From the NCBI GenBank assembly GCA_963796635.1, contig CAWCMH010000001.1, positions 11,709 to 75,708 of the forward strand: 64,000 nt of DNA. Direction: 5' to 3'. The translations under genes and the position numbers were made by a program. The notes beneath the pieces were generated by a model. That model was not told the origin of the DNA. It was given only the letters and a program-made list of their open reading frames with translations, and did no database searches. Positions 1-10,618 of the stretch are shown here, in pieces. This DNA is from an uncultured Gemmatimonadales bacterium. Its GTDB lineage: Bacteria > Gemmatimonadota > Gemmatimonadetes > Gemmatimonadales > GWC2-71-9. Numbering within the stretch: the stretch's first letter is position 1; each line of letters starts with the position of its first letter.

Positions 1-1310
1 CTCTCCGACGCATAGGTGAAAGGCACATTCACGCGCGGCGTGTTATCGGGCACCACGGTGTACGGAATTCCCCACGTCGATCCCCAGTCCGGGTGCAGGC
101 TGGTGTTCAGCCCGATGGTGCTGAGGATGAGGTTCGAGTTGGGATCGACCTGCGCCGTGTCGACCGGCTGATTCCACGCGTTGCTCGCGGGAAAGACCTG
201 CTTGCCGTGCAGGTCGGCGTCGACGCCCAGGTCCGCGGTCGCACCGCCGCCACCCGCGGCGGTGACGACGATGCTGTCGAGCATCATCGCCGGAGAGCCG
301 CTCGCGCCGGCAACGCTGACCGTGATGGTGTCGACGTACGTGCCGGGCGCGAGCGCCGCGGTGGTACGCGTCCACGCCACGGTGCCGTTGCCGGTGCCAG
401 CTCCCGCGGTCAGTGTGGTCCAGCTCTTCCGCTTCGCGGCTGTCCAGTCGGTGTGCGCGGCGTTGTCACCGGTGATGCTGACGGTCGCCGTCGCCGCTGG
501 TGCCGCGTCACCCTGCGTGATGGCGGTGTTGAAGGAATGCGGTGCAACCGCGAGCGCCAGCGGCACCGGCGGCGCCGTGATGGTCAACGAATCGAGCACT
601 CGCGCAGGCGATCCTGCCGCGCCCGGCGCCGTGACGGTGAGCGTGTCGACATACACGCCCGGCGCGAGTCCACTGGCGTTGCGTGACCAGAGCGCGTTCC
701 CGCTTCCGGTTCCGCCTGCGGCCTGAATCACGTCCCACCCGGCGCTGCTGCGCACCGACCACGGGGTGCTCGCGGCGCCGTCGCCCGACAACGTGATCCC
801 GACGTTGTCGCCGGCAACCGCCGCGTACTCCACCGCCGTCGTGCTGCGTGACGGTGGGCTTACAATCAGTGCGAGCGGGACCGGTGCCGCAGTGATTTCC
901 AGGGTATCGAACAACATCACCGGCGAATGCTTCGCTGCGGCGGCCGACACGAGGATCGTGTCGACATAGGTGCCGACATGCAGGCCCGCCGTGCTGCGTG
1001 ACCAGGCCACGGTGCCGCTCCCTTTGCCCAGCGCAGTCGTGAGCGTCACCCACGATTGGCGTGACGTGGCAACCCAGGTCACGGTGTCCGCCCGGTCGCC
1101 CGCCATCATGACGGCCGCATTGTCGTTCGGCGCCGGTGTGCCGGGCTGAGCTGTCGCCTTCCGCGCCAACGGGTTGACGGCGAGGGTGAGGGGCGCAGGC
1201 GCCGACGGCGGATTCGTGGTGGTTGCATCGCTCGCGGGAGCCGAATCGCAGCCGAGGCCGGCAGCGGTGAGCAGGAGCAGCGCGAAACGATGGCGGGGTA
1301 TCGAGATCAT
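1..1310 (-). CDS. secreted lipoprotein with three ~105-aa BACON/Ig-like repeats and a conserved C-terminal domain (C-terminus lies beyond the window edge)
   Basis: Not in the ORF track because it runs off position 1. My own translation of the minus strand from ATG 1310..1308 gives MISIPRHRFALLLLTAAGLGCDS (lipobox). Three repeats follow with the signature SW.TL...G.GSG.V.W.R....L..G.YVDT..V.A.G..SP, also seen in 22328..27341. The tail FPASNAWNQPVD..LHPDWGSTWGIPYTVV aligns with DDPWNTPVDHD..LHPDFGPGRFG..GIPYDVV of 15994..17229. The + ORFs 93..686 and 181..726 are antisense shadows. Confidence 0.6.
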   Translation of the reverse strand, partial: MISIPRHRFALLLLTAAGLGCDSAPASDATTTNPPSAPAPLTLAVNPLARKATAQPGTPAPNDNAAVMMAGDRADTVTWVATSRQSWVTLTTALGKGSGTVAWSRSTAGLHVGTYVDTILVSAAAAKHSPVMLFDTLEITAAPVPLALIVSPPSRSTTAVEYAAVAGDNVGITLSGDGAASTPWSVRSSAGWDVIQAAGGTGSGNALWSRNASGLAPGVYVDTLTVTAPGAAGSPARVLDSLTITAPPVPLALAVAPHSFNTAITQGDAAPAATATVSITGDNAAHTDWTAAKRKSWTTLTAGAGTGNGTVAWTRTTAALAPGTYVDTITVSVAGASGSPAMMLDSIVVTAAGGGGATADLGVDADLHGKQVFPASNAWNQPVDTAQVDPNSNLILSTIGLNTSLHPDWGSTWGIPYTVVPDNTPRVNVPFTYASE

Positions 1311-1373
1311 CGGACCAGGTCTTTTCAAGCAGGGCTGAATGGACAGCCCATGATAGTATCGGCAGTGGGGCCG

Positions 1374-1456
1374 TTCATCCCGAGCGGAGCGAGGGATGAA
1401 GACCAGCGGATCCCTCGACTGCGCGCTCGCTGCGCGAGTGCTCCGCTCGGGATGAC
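1374..1456. repeat. REP-like long imperfect hairpin of the CATCCCGAGCG(G/C)AGCGAGGGAT family, immediately downstream of tyrS
   Basis: GTTCATCCCGAGCGGAGC (1373-1390) pairs with GCTCCGCTCGGGATGAC (1440-1456). Inner GAGGGAT pairs with ATCCCTC. The same core motif recurs at 59527-59908. Confidence 0.6.
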
Positions 1457-1459
1457 GTG

Positions 1460-2724
1460 TCACTCCACTCGCATTGCTGCCCAGTTCTTCTTGCCCTTGC
1501 GCAGCAGCACGTAGCCACCCGGCAGCACATCGGCGGCGGTGATGCGTGTTTGCGCATCGGCTGGCACACCATTGACCGAGAACCCGCCGCCGGCGATGCC
1601 GCGGCGCGCATCGCCTTTCGACGCGGCGAGTCTGCTGCGTTCGAGCGCATCGACGATGTCGATGCCGGATGCGAGCTCGCTCGGCGACAGGGCGAACGCT
1701 GGAACCTCGCCGGCGACCATCGCCAGCGTGGCCGCGTCGGCGGCGCGGAGGTCGCCGCCGCCAAAGAGAATCGCCGCGGCCTCGGTGGCGCGCCGCACCG
1801 CGTCGGCGCCGTGCACGCGCTGGGTCACGTCGTCGGCCAGGCGCCGCTGGGCGCTGCGTCGGCCCGGGTCGCCGCCGTGGTCCGCCACGATCGCCGCGAT
1901 GTCGTCGAGGCCCAGGAACGTCATGAAGCGCAGCAGCATCTCGACGTCGGCGTCTTCGACGCGGAGCCAGAACTGATGAAAGGCATACGGCGATGTCCTG
2001 GCCGGATCGAGCCAGACGTTGCCTGCCTCGCTCTTGCCGAACTTGGTGCCGTCGGCCGTGGTCAGCAGCGGCAGCACCGCGCCGTGCAGCTTCCGCCCGT
2101 CGCGCCGGGCGGCGAGTTCGATCCCGGCGGTGATGTTGCCCCATTGGTCGCTGCCGCCGAGCTGCAGGTCACAGTGGTACTCGCGCGCGAGGTGCGCAAA
2201 GTCGTACGCCTGGATCAGCATGTAGGAGAACTCGGTGAACGAAATCCCGTCGTCCATGCGGGACTGCACCGAATCCTTCTGCAGCATGTAGTTGACCGTG
2301 AAATGCTTGCCGGTGTCGCGCAGGAAGTCGAGCAGCGAAAGCGGCCCGAGCCAGTCGGCGTTGTTGACCATCAGCGCGTCGCTGCGGTCGTGGCCGAACT
2401 CGAAGAAGTGTTCGAGCTGGTGCCGGATGGCCGCGCATTGTGCTCGACCTGTCCGGCCGACAGCAACTGCCGCTCGGTGCGCCGGCCCGACGGATCGCCG
2501 ATCACGCCGGTTCCGCCGCCCACCACCACGATCGGCTTGCCGCCGCTGCGCTGCAACCACGCCAGCGCCATCACCGGGATCAGGTTGCCAATGTGCAATG
2601 AGTCGGCCGTGGGATCGAAGCCGGCGTAGCCGGTGATCGGTCCGGTGGCGAGGCGTTCGGCGAGCCCCGGCGTGGCATCGTGCAGCATGCCGCGCTGGCG
2701 GAGGATGTCGAGCAAGGTGGGCAT
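1460..2724 (-). pseudogene. tyrS: tyrosine--tRNA ligase, reading frame interrupted once (about 2433); probably an assembly indel rather than true inactivation
   Basis: N-terminal part is in the frame of ORF 2371..2781 ([14 protein letters not shown]..., HIGH motif as HIGN). The remainder is in the frame of ORF 1460..2851 (KFGKS = KMSKS motif, S4-like C-terminus). The junction reads QVEHNA / [13 protein letters not shown] and is restored by one extra G in GCGCGGCC. Confidence 0.9.
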
Positions 2725-2925
2725 GGGCGGCGCAAAGATGCGCCGGCGGGCCGCCGGTGCGCAACCGACGGTGATGGGCACGGCTGATCGGGCGCCCGCG
2801 CCGCTCAGGCGCAGGAATCCGCGATCGAACCACGGACGGCACGCGTGTCACGGGCGTGTCTGCGACGCACGCAACTGAATCGGGTCTGCTGCAAGCGGTC
2901 GTTGAGTCGCCTATTTTACCACATC

Positions 2926-5089
2926 ATGGCCGGTGCTTCGAGTTCCCGCGTCGATCGTTTCCGCGCGTTCTGGACCAACCCCCGACACCTCCGCAACCTC
3001 GCCCTCGGCGTGGTCGCGGTGGGGGCCTTCTTCGCGCTGCTGCTGGTGGGCATCTGGACCCGCGCCTGCGCCAACGACGCCTGTCCGGCCGTCGGCACCG
3101 TCGCCGATTACGATCCGTCGCAGGCGTCGCGCGTCTACGCGGCCGATGGCCGCGAAATCGGCGATTTCTTCCGCGACCAGCGGCGGGTGTCGGTGCCCCT
3201 CAAGGAGATGTCGCCCGCGGTGCCGGCCGCCTTCCTGTCGGTCGAGGACAAGCGCTTCTACGAACATCACGGCGTCGACTGGGTGCGCTTCTTCGGCGCG
3301 ATCAAGCACGTCCTGACCACCGGCGGCATCAGCCAGGGCTTCTCGACCATCACGATGCAGTTGCCGGGCAACCTGTGGCCCGACGAGATCAATCGCCGGG
3401 AGCGGTCCGGCCTGCGCGGGATCGTGCGCAAGATTCGCGAGATCCGCATCGCGCACGCCCTCGAGAAGCGCTACACCAAGAATCAGATTCTCGAGCTGTA
3501 CCTCAATCACATCAATCTCGGCAACAGCGCCTACGGTGTCGAAGCCGCGGCGGAGCGCTATTTCGGCAAGTCGGCCCGCAACCTCAACGTCGCCGAGGCG
3601 GCCACGCTCGCCGCGCTGCCGAAGGCGCCGGAGTACTACAACCCGCGCAAGTATCCGCGCAACTCGCTGATGCGCCGCAACCAGGTCATCGAGTTGATGC
3701 GCGATGCCGGCTACCTGCACGCCGACGAGGCCGACGCCTGGGAAGCGTATCCGCTGCAGTTGTCGTCGCGCAGCGATTATCACAGCGATGCCGAGTATTT
3801 CGTCGAATACGTGCGGCAACTGATGCTCGCCAAGTACGGACCCGACGTCGACCGCAGCGGCTACAGCATCTACACGACGCTCGATCTCGACGCGCAGCAA
3901 GCGGCGGTGACGTGCGGTCGATTCGCAACTCACCGCATCGAGAACAACAAGGTCGCGGGCGTCGGCAAGTTCAATCACACCACCTATCGCCGCCTACATG
4001 GAGAAGCACGGCGCGGCCGACGAGGACCGCTCCGACACGCCGTACCTGCAGGGCGCGGCGCTGGTGCTCGAGGCGAAGACCGGCAACATCCTCGCCATGG
4101 TCGGCGGCCGCGACTTCGGCGACTCGAAGTTCAACCGGATCACCCAGGCGCTGCGGCAGCCGGGATCGAGCTTCAAGCCGATCGTCTACACCGCCGCGGT
4201 GGAGTCGGGGATTTCGCTCGACGAGCACGTGCAGGACGCGGCGGTGAGCATTCCGATGCCCGATGGCCAGCCGAACTGGGAGCCGAAGAACTTCGAGGGC
4301 ACGTTCAGCGACTCGATGGTGAGCATTCGCAAGGGGCTCTGGGCGTCGATGAACACCATCGCCGTGCGGGTGGGCGAGCAGGTGGGGATGGGGCCGGTGA
4401 TCGCCGAGGCGCGCAAGTTCGGGATCACCACGCCGATCGATCCGGGACCGTCGCTGTTTCTCGGCACGCCTTCGGTACCGCCCGATCGAGATGATCGCCG
4501 GCTACACCACGTTCGTCAACCAGGGCACCCGCACCATTCCGAACGCGATCCTCCGGGTCGAGGACCGCAACGGCAAGATCATCTGGCAGCCGCAGCCGCA
4601 GACGGTGCGCGTGGTGGATCCGGCGATCGCGTTCACCATGGACGAGGCGTTGCGGGGCGTGGTCACCAACGGAACCGCCACAGCGCCGTGTACCGTGCCG
4701 GATTTACCATGCCGGCCGGCGGCAAGACCGGCACCACCAGCGACTACCACGACGCCTGGTTCATCGGCTTCACGCGCGATCTGGTGGCGGGCGTGTGGAT
4801 GGGCTTCGATCAGCCGGTCACGATCATGCGCAACGCGCAGGGCGGCAAGCTCGCCGCGCCGGCGTGGACGCAGATGATGAACGAGATCTACCAGCGTCGC
4901 CGCGATCCGGGCGACTGGGGAGTGCCGGCCGACTCGATGGTCGCGGTGGTGATCGACAAGACCAACGGCCTGCGCGCCACACCGTTCTGCCCCGACAGCG
5001 TGCGCGAAACGCGCTACTACATCAAGGGTACCGAACCAACGGAGTTCTGCCCGATCCACTCACCGTTCCGGCCGGGCGCCGGGCACTGA
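2926..5089 (+). pseudogene. mrcA: class A penicillin-binding protein (bifunctional transglycosylase/transpeptidase, PBP1A type), three frame changes (about 3990, 4478, 4682)
   Basis: TM anchor LALGVVAVGAFFALLLVGIW. GT51 motifs SVEDKRFYEHHGVD, STITMQL, RKIREI. Transpeptidase motifs PGSSFKP (SxxK) and KTGTT. Pieces come from ORFs 2845..4494, 3998..5089 and 4491..4877 and join colinearly. Confidence 0.9.
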
Positions 5090-6321
5090 TGCTGCGGCTG
5101 GCAGCGCCGTGGGTGCTGCCGATCGACGCGGCCCCGATCGCCGACGGCGCGGTGCTGATCGGCGACGACGGCCGGATCGCGGCGGTTGGTCCCGATCACG
5201 CCGTTGCCGCACCACCGGACGCGCGCAGCAGCGATTCGACGATGCCGTGCTGCTGCCAGGCCTCGTCAACACCCACACCCACCTGGAATTCACCGGCTTC
5301 GCCGGCATGGCCGACGAGGCCGACTTCTGGGAGTGGATCAAGCACATCATCGCCCTCAAGGCGACGCGCGACGAGGAGCAGTTCTTCGACGCCGCGTGCG
5401 CCGGCATCCGGCGTGCTGGCAGGCCGGTGTCACCACCGTCTGCGACATGGGCAACACCGGATCGGTGATCGCGGCGATGGATCATCTGGGTGCCAGCGGC
5501 ATCGCGCATCACGAAGCGTTCGACATGCACACGCTCGAGACGGTGGCAGTCATGAAGCAGTTCTCGCGCGACCTCGATCGTCTCGCCCGTCATGCCACTG
5601 GGCGGGTGCAGCTGGGCGTGTCACCGCATGCGCCGTACACGGTGAGCGGGCCGCTCTACCGCGCGGTGAGCGACCTGGCCCGCGCGCACGGCGTGCCGAT
5701 CGGCGTGCACGTCGCGGAGCCGGCCGACGAGACCGCGTTGTTGCGCGACTTCACCGGCATCTTTGCCGACGCGTTGCGGGCGCGCGGCGTCATGCGGGTC
5801 ACCGACACGCCGACATCGCCGATCGCGTGGCTCGACCAGCACGGCGTGCTTGGGCCTCGCACCATCTGCGCCCACGCGATCCACACCGACGATGCGGACA
5901 CGACGATCATGCTGCAGCGCGGCGTGGCGGTGGCGCACTGTCCGCGGAGCAACCGCCACCATCATCACGCCGACGCCCCGGTGGCCCGCTACGTCGATCG
6001 GGGCCTGCGCATCGGGCTGGGCACCGATTCCGAGGTGAGCGTGGCGCCGCTCGACCTGATCGCCGAGGCGCGCGAGGCGCGGGTGCTGACCGGGTGGAGC
6101 GCGGCCGAGACGTTGCGGGCGCTCACGCTGGGCGGTGCGGAGGCGCTGGGGCTTGCGACCGAGTGCGGCAGCTCACGGTGGGGAAGTGGGCAGACGTCGT
6201 AGCGATTGGGGTCGAGGCTGGAATGCGGGTGGAGGAAGCGCTGGTCGCATCGCAGCTCGGTGACGTGCGGGGGACGTGGCTGGGGGGGCGGAACGTGTAC
6301 CAGTCAGCCCGTTCCCCTTGA
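5089..6321 (+). pseudogene. metal-dependent amidohydrolase (chlorohydrolase / nucleoside-deaminase-like family), three frame changes (about 5226, 5410, 6165)
   Basis: LLPGLVNTHTHLEF metal-binding motif, VSPHAPYTVS, HVAE, AHCPRSN, GTDS, GKWADVVAI tail. Four colinear segments from ORFs 4795..6321, 5109..5468 and 5186..6202. The start ATG overlaps the PBP stop (TGATG). Confidence 0.75.
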
Positions 6322-6372
6322 AAATCCGCCCGTTCGGGGTTATCCATCCGTACCCATATCGGAGCCACCTCG

Positions 6373-6952
6373 TTGCGTTGCCTGGCATTGAACGCCTCCT
6401 TCGAACCACTCACCATGGTCCCCACGCGACGTGCGCTCCGGCTCGTCATCGAGGGCAAGGCGGAGATCGTCGAGGCAGACGGCGGCGAACCGGTTCGAAG
6501 TATGCGGATGGAGATGCCGCGCCCGGCGATCATCCGCCTGGTGCGCTTCGTCCACGTCCCCCGCCGCTTCCGCCGCCAGGTCACCAACACCTTCCTCTTT
6601 GCCCGCGACTCCTACACCTGCCAGTACTGCGCGCGGGTGCAGGGCCAGCTCCGGCTGCGCGAATGCCTCACGCGCGATCACGTGATTCCGCAGTCGCGCG
6701 GCGGCAGCAACGACTGGACCAACGTCGTCACGGCGTGCTCCAGCTGCAACACCCGCAAGGGGAACCGGATGCCCGATGACATCGGGATGCATCCGCTGCG
6801 CGTCGCCGATGGAACCGCACTTCGTGCACCTGTCGTGGGCGATCCGCCGGCTCACCGCGACGCAGCTCAAGTACATCCGGATCTTCTACGGCGAAAGCGC
6901 GCTGGCGGCGATTCGTCCGCACCCGGCGGCCATCACGGCCCTTTCACGGTAA
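6373..6952 (+). pseudogene. HNH endonuclease family protein, one frame change (about 6797)
   Basis: CQYC ... TRDHVIPQSRGG ... NVVTACSSCNTRKG (HNH/zinc ribbon). After MHPLR the conserved tail PMEPHFVHLSWAIRRLT..LKYIRIFYGE is in the +1 frame and ends at TAA 6950..6952. Confidence 0.8.
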
Positions 6953-7527
6953 ACGTCGCGGTCCGCGCTTCGGGCAGGTCTTCGTGGTTGCCGTTCCCCA
7001 TGATCAGCCGCCGCACCAGTTGCGATGCCGCGCTGGAGCCATCGTCGTTGTTGCGCGCATCGCCGGGCGGGTCCGCCGTGATGCTCAACCCCACGGTGTA
7101 GTACCAGCGCCCGGGGGACAGCGTGGCCGGCGTCACCAGTCGGGCCTCGCGACCCACCCACATCGCCAGCGAGTCGGCCGTGTGGAAGGTCTCCGTCGTG
7201 GTCGCATTGCTCGGTGCGCTCCTCGAAGGTGTACACGTCGATGACCGGGACTTCCTGGATGATATCGTCCCACTCGACCGGCGTGAGCGGCCGGTCGATC
7301 AACCGCGACTGCCAGAGCACCACAGTCCAGTGCAGGTGCAGCGGATACGCGCTCGACAACGCGTCGCGCCAGCGCGGGTCGGTGAGCAGGTCGCTGACAT
7401 GCACCACGAGATTGGGAGGGGCGTCGGGCCGCAGCTCCAGGCGCACGCCAATGCGCGCGCGCGCCTGCGCCGGCGCCGCCGTCACGGCGCCAACCAGGAG
7501 AGCGAGTGCAGTGAGCCAGCGCCCCAT
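6933..7527 (-). pseudogene. secreted hypothetical protein, tentatively DUF4390-like; one frame change (about 7205); last gene of the HK/EBP/OMP operon
   Basis: Signal peptide MGRWLTALALLVGAVTAAPAQA. LLTDPRWRDALSSAYPLHLHWTVVLWQSR resembles the DUF4390 core from memory. The C-terminal half continues in the frame of ORF 6933..7163. The start is 5 nt after the stop of 7533..9242. Confidence 0.4.
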
Positions 7528-7532
7528 CGTGC

Positions 7533-9242
7533 CTAGAACCGCGCGTTGAAGAGCAGCAACGCCTGCATGCCGACCGGATCGACCAGCGACTTGGCCAGGT
7601 AGACGCCGACCCACGGCAGGGCGATCCCGGCGCCGACGTCCGATCGCCACTCGTTGATCGCCTCGATCCGGTTGGTCGGCACTCGCCCGGCGCTGTCGCC
7701 CGCCAGCCACGCGCTACCGGCATCGGCGAGCAGCACCAGGTCGGGTTTGCGGATGCCCACGGTGTAGGGTCCGACGCGCGTCGTCAGGTCGATCGGCAAC
7801 GTGTGGTGGTATTCCAGTTGCACCGCGAGTTCCCGGTCGCAGAGCGCCGGCTGGCCGGGATCGGGTTTGCGTCGACGATCGCAGTTGATCGCTCGAAAGT
7901 CGTAGCCCGACAAGGGATCGGCGCCGCCGATCGCGCGGCGCCGCTGGATGGTCAGTGGATCCCCACCGAGATAGCCGCCGCCGGATATCCGACCGTTGAT
8001 GCGCTGTTCCGGATCGATTCGCAGATAGGCCCGGAGGTCGAAGTCCCCTTCGGTCTCGCCGTAGCCGGTCGATGGCAGCGGGTCGCGAATCGCGGTGGGC
8101 AACGACACCGGCTGGAGATCGTTGCTCGCCACGTGGCGCACGGCCACTCGGGTGTACCACTGCAGCACAGGGTGCCGCCGGTCGTCGCGGCCGTCATAGG
8201 TGAACTGCAACGACGCGATGCGGTAGCGGCCGTCGTCGATCAGCGGATTGGCCCGCCAGGTCTGATAGGCGCGGAACAGCGAAAACGCGTTGACCGCCTG
8301 CACCGTGTTCTGCTGACTGATTTCATACGATCCCGACAGCGTGATTTCGGGCCACGGCGTGACATTCGCAAACAGCGAGCCGCCGCGCCGGAGGTACCAG
8401 TCGTGATAATCGCGCCGGAGCAGGATGGCGCTCAGCCCCGACTCGACGGACGAGAACGGCCGATCCTGGGTCGCCGTGATGGTCGATCCGCCTTCGACGC
8501 CCACCGAATACGGCACCGGCCCGCTGTGCGACAACTCCGACTGGACGTGCCAGCCGACCGCCGCGCGACTGTGATTGGGGTCGCTGGCGCTGCGCAGGAC
8601 CAGGTATGCCTGCGAGCGCAGCGTGTCCGCGGGCATCGCCTGCCAGATGGCGTTGGCGCCGACCTGGATCGGCAGCCCCTCGACGCGATTGTACTGTCCC
8701 AGACCCAGGTGCGGCGTCAGGCGCACCTCACCGACATCGATCCCGATTGCCGAGGCGCGCGCGCCGAGTGAACGCGTGGGCGGACGCAGCACGACGGCAC
8801 CATCGCTGCGCGTCATCAGGGCGACCACCGTGTCGCAGGCGCGACGGACGCCGCCGATGCGGCCGCCCGGATCGACGGTGAGCCGGCCGCCCAGCACGGT
8901 GACGTCCCCGGCGACGCGGCCGGTCGCCGTGACGCGGAGGTCGCCATCGAGCACCACGACGCTGCCGCCCACGCTGCCGTCGATCCGCAACGAACCTTGA
9001 TACACGCCATAGGCGCCGCGGGTGGAATCCGGCGCCGGGATGCTGACGCTGCCACGGAAGACGCGCACCGTCGCCGGTGCATTGAATCGCGCCAGCGCCG
9101 CGGCGATGAGAGAATCGTCGGTACAACCGGGCGCCGGCGCCGCGCCCGGCGGCCCCGTATTGATGGTCCGCACCTGGGCCGCCAGCGGGCCCGCCATGCC
9201 GACCACGGTCGCCGCCAGCAGCATGGCGCTTCGGCTCGTCAT
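7533..9242 (-). CDS. outer-membrane protein: signal peptide, bactofilin-like beta-helical segment, Omp85/surface-antigen-like C-terminal beta-barrel (no obvious POTRA)
   Basis: [72 protein letters not shown] is bactofilin-type G.V.G periodicity. The C-terminus has [31 protein letters not shown] and a terminal LLLFNARF. The start overlaps the EBP stop (ATGA). Confidence 0.55.
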   Translation of the reverse strand: MTSRSAMLLAATVVGMAGPLAAQVRTINTGPPGAAPAPGCTDDSLIAAALARFNAPATVRVFRGSVSIPAPDSTRGAYGVYQGSLRIDGSVGGSVVVLDGDLRVTATGRVAGDVTVLGGRLTVDPGGRIGGVRRACDTVVALMTRSDGAVVLRPPTRSLGARASAIGIDVGEVRLTPHLGLGQYNRVEGLPIQVGANAIWQAMPADTLRSQAYLVLRSASDPNHSRAAVGWHVQSELSHSGPVPYSVGVEGGSTITATQDRPFSSVESGLSAILLRRDYHDWYLRRGGSLFANVTPWPEITLSGSYEISQQNTVQAVNAFSLFRAYQTWRANPLIDDGRYRIASLQFTYDGRDDRRHPVLQWYTRVAVRHVASNDLQPVSLPTAIRDPLPSTGYGETEGDFDLRAYLRIDPEQRINGRISGGGYLGGDPLTIQRRRAIGGADPLSGYDFRAINCDRRRKPDPGQPALCDRELAVQLEYHHTLPIDLTTRVGPYTVGIRKPDLVLLADAGSAWLAGDSAGRVPTNRIEAINEWRSDVGAGIALPWVGVYLAKSLVDPVGMQALLLFNARF

Positions 9243-10618
9243 TCCCCGCCTCCTCCGCGAATCCCCAGCCGGCGCATGCGCCGGTAGAGGTTGCCACGAT
9301 CGGTCTTGAGCAGCCGTGCCGCTTCGGCAATGTTGCCGCCGGCGTTCGCCATCGCGCCGGTGATCAGTTCGCGTTCCGTGTCATCCAGCCGCTCCGTGAG
9401 CCCGCGGCCGTTGTCGGTAAACTCGGCCGTCGTGACGGATACCGGTGCGACGACCCCGAGTCCTCCGGCCCGCAGCACCCGCGGCACCAGATCGCCGGTG
9501 ACTTCGTCGCCGCCGATGATGGTCAGGCGTTCGACGATATTGGCGAGCTCGCGCACGTTGCCGGGCCACGTGTGGCGCCGGAGTGCCGTCAGCGCCTCAT
9601 CGGTGAAATGCGGCGGGTGCCGCGGGCGCAAACGCGCCGCAAGGTGCTGCACCAGCTCGGGGATGTCGTCGAGGCGGTCTCGCAACGGCGGCACCTCGAT
9701 CGGGAAGACGTTGAGCCGGAAGTACAGATCCTCGCGGAAGGTGCCGTTGTGGACCGCGTCCTCGAGCCGTCGGTTCGTGGCGGCCAGTGCCCGGATGTTG
9801 ACGTGGACGGTGCGCTCCGCGCCGATCCGCTGGATGTCGCCGCGTTCGAGCACCCGCAGCAGCTTGGCTTGTGCCTCGAGCTGCAGGTCGCCGATTTCGT
9901 CGAGAAAGAGGGTGCCGCCATCGGCGAGTTCGAAGCGTCCGATCCGCCGATCGGTCGCACCGGTGAATGCACCGCGTTCGTGCCCGAACATCTCGCTTTC
10001 CACCAGGTCGCGCGGAATCGCGGCGCAGTTGACCGACACGAACGGTCCGCGCGCGCGCGGTGAGTAGCGATGGATGGCATTCGCGACCAGCTCCTTGCCG
10101 GTCCCCGATTCGCCGAGAATGAGGACGCGGGCGTCGGTCGGTGCCACCTGGCTGATGAGCTGGCGCACGTGCTCGATTTCGGGGCTGGTGCCCACCAGCG
10201 TCGGCTGCGGACCGAGCGCCTGGCGCAGCGAGCGGTTTTCGGCCTGGGTGCGCACCAGCGTTTCGGCCGAGCGCACGGCGACCAGCAGGGACTCCGGCGC
10301 CAGCGGCTTTTCGAGAAACTGGAAGGCGCCCATCTGCACCGCGCGCACGGCGTCGGCCAGCTGCGCCTTGCCGCTCATCATGATGACGGGGATGTCGTGA
10401 TCGGCCGTGCGAATCTTCTCCAGCGTCGCGAGCCCGTCGGGGCCCGGTGGCATCATCAGGTCGAGCAGGATGATGTCGGGGCGCACGTCGGGAAGCGCCA
10501 GCAACCCGGCGTTGCCGTTGGGCGCTTCGGCGACGTCGAAGTCCTCGGACTTGAGCAGGGCCCCCACCATGCGGCGGATGTTGGCTTCGTCGTCGACGAT
10601 CAACACGCGCGTGCTCAT
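9239..10618 (-). CDS. sigma-54-dependent response regulator (NtrC/NtrX family enhancer-binding protein)
   Basis: Receiver domain ([11 protein letters not shown] ... [10 protein letters not shown]). AAA+ domain with GESGTGKE and GAFTGA. Fis-type [28 protein letters not shown]. True start is ATG 10618, overlapping the kinase stop. The 572-aa ORF 9239..10957 is an upstream extension into the kinase gene. Confidence 0.9.
   Translation of the reverse strand: MSTRVLIVDDEANIRRMVGALLKSEDFDVAEAPNGNAGLLALPDVRPDIILLDLMMPPGPDGLATLEKIRTADHDIPVIMMSGKAQLADAVRAVQMGAFQFLEKPLAPESLLVAVRSAETLVRTQAENRSLRQALGPQPTLVGTSPEIEHVRQLISQVAPTDARVLILGESGTGKELVANAIHRYSPRARGPFVSVNCAAIPRDLVESEMFGHERGAFTGATDRRIGRFELADGGTLFLDEIGDLQLEAQAKLLRVLERGDIQRIGAERTVHVNIRALAATNRRLEDAVHNGTFREDLYFRLNVFPIEVPPLRDRLDDIPELVQHLAARLRPRHPPHFTDEALTALRRHTWPGNVRELANIVERLTIIGGDEVTGDLVPRVLRAGGLGVVAPVSVTTAEFTDNGRGLTERLDDTERELITGAMANAGGNIAEAARLLKTDRGNLYRRMRRLGIRGGGGE

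Noticed and set aside
1457-2629. 390-aa + strand ORF (and 1539..1976, 1669..1926) opposite tyrS
   Set aside because: Arg/Ala/Gly-rich low-complexity translation typical of antisense frames in high-GC DNA. The minus strand carries unmistakable TyrRS motifs.
6373-6952. HNH endonuclease as a homing or mobile element
   Set aside because: No intein, intron, terminal repeats or integrase nearby. This ~190-aa stand-alone HNH type is, as far as I recall, a conserved chromosomal gene in many bacteria.
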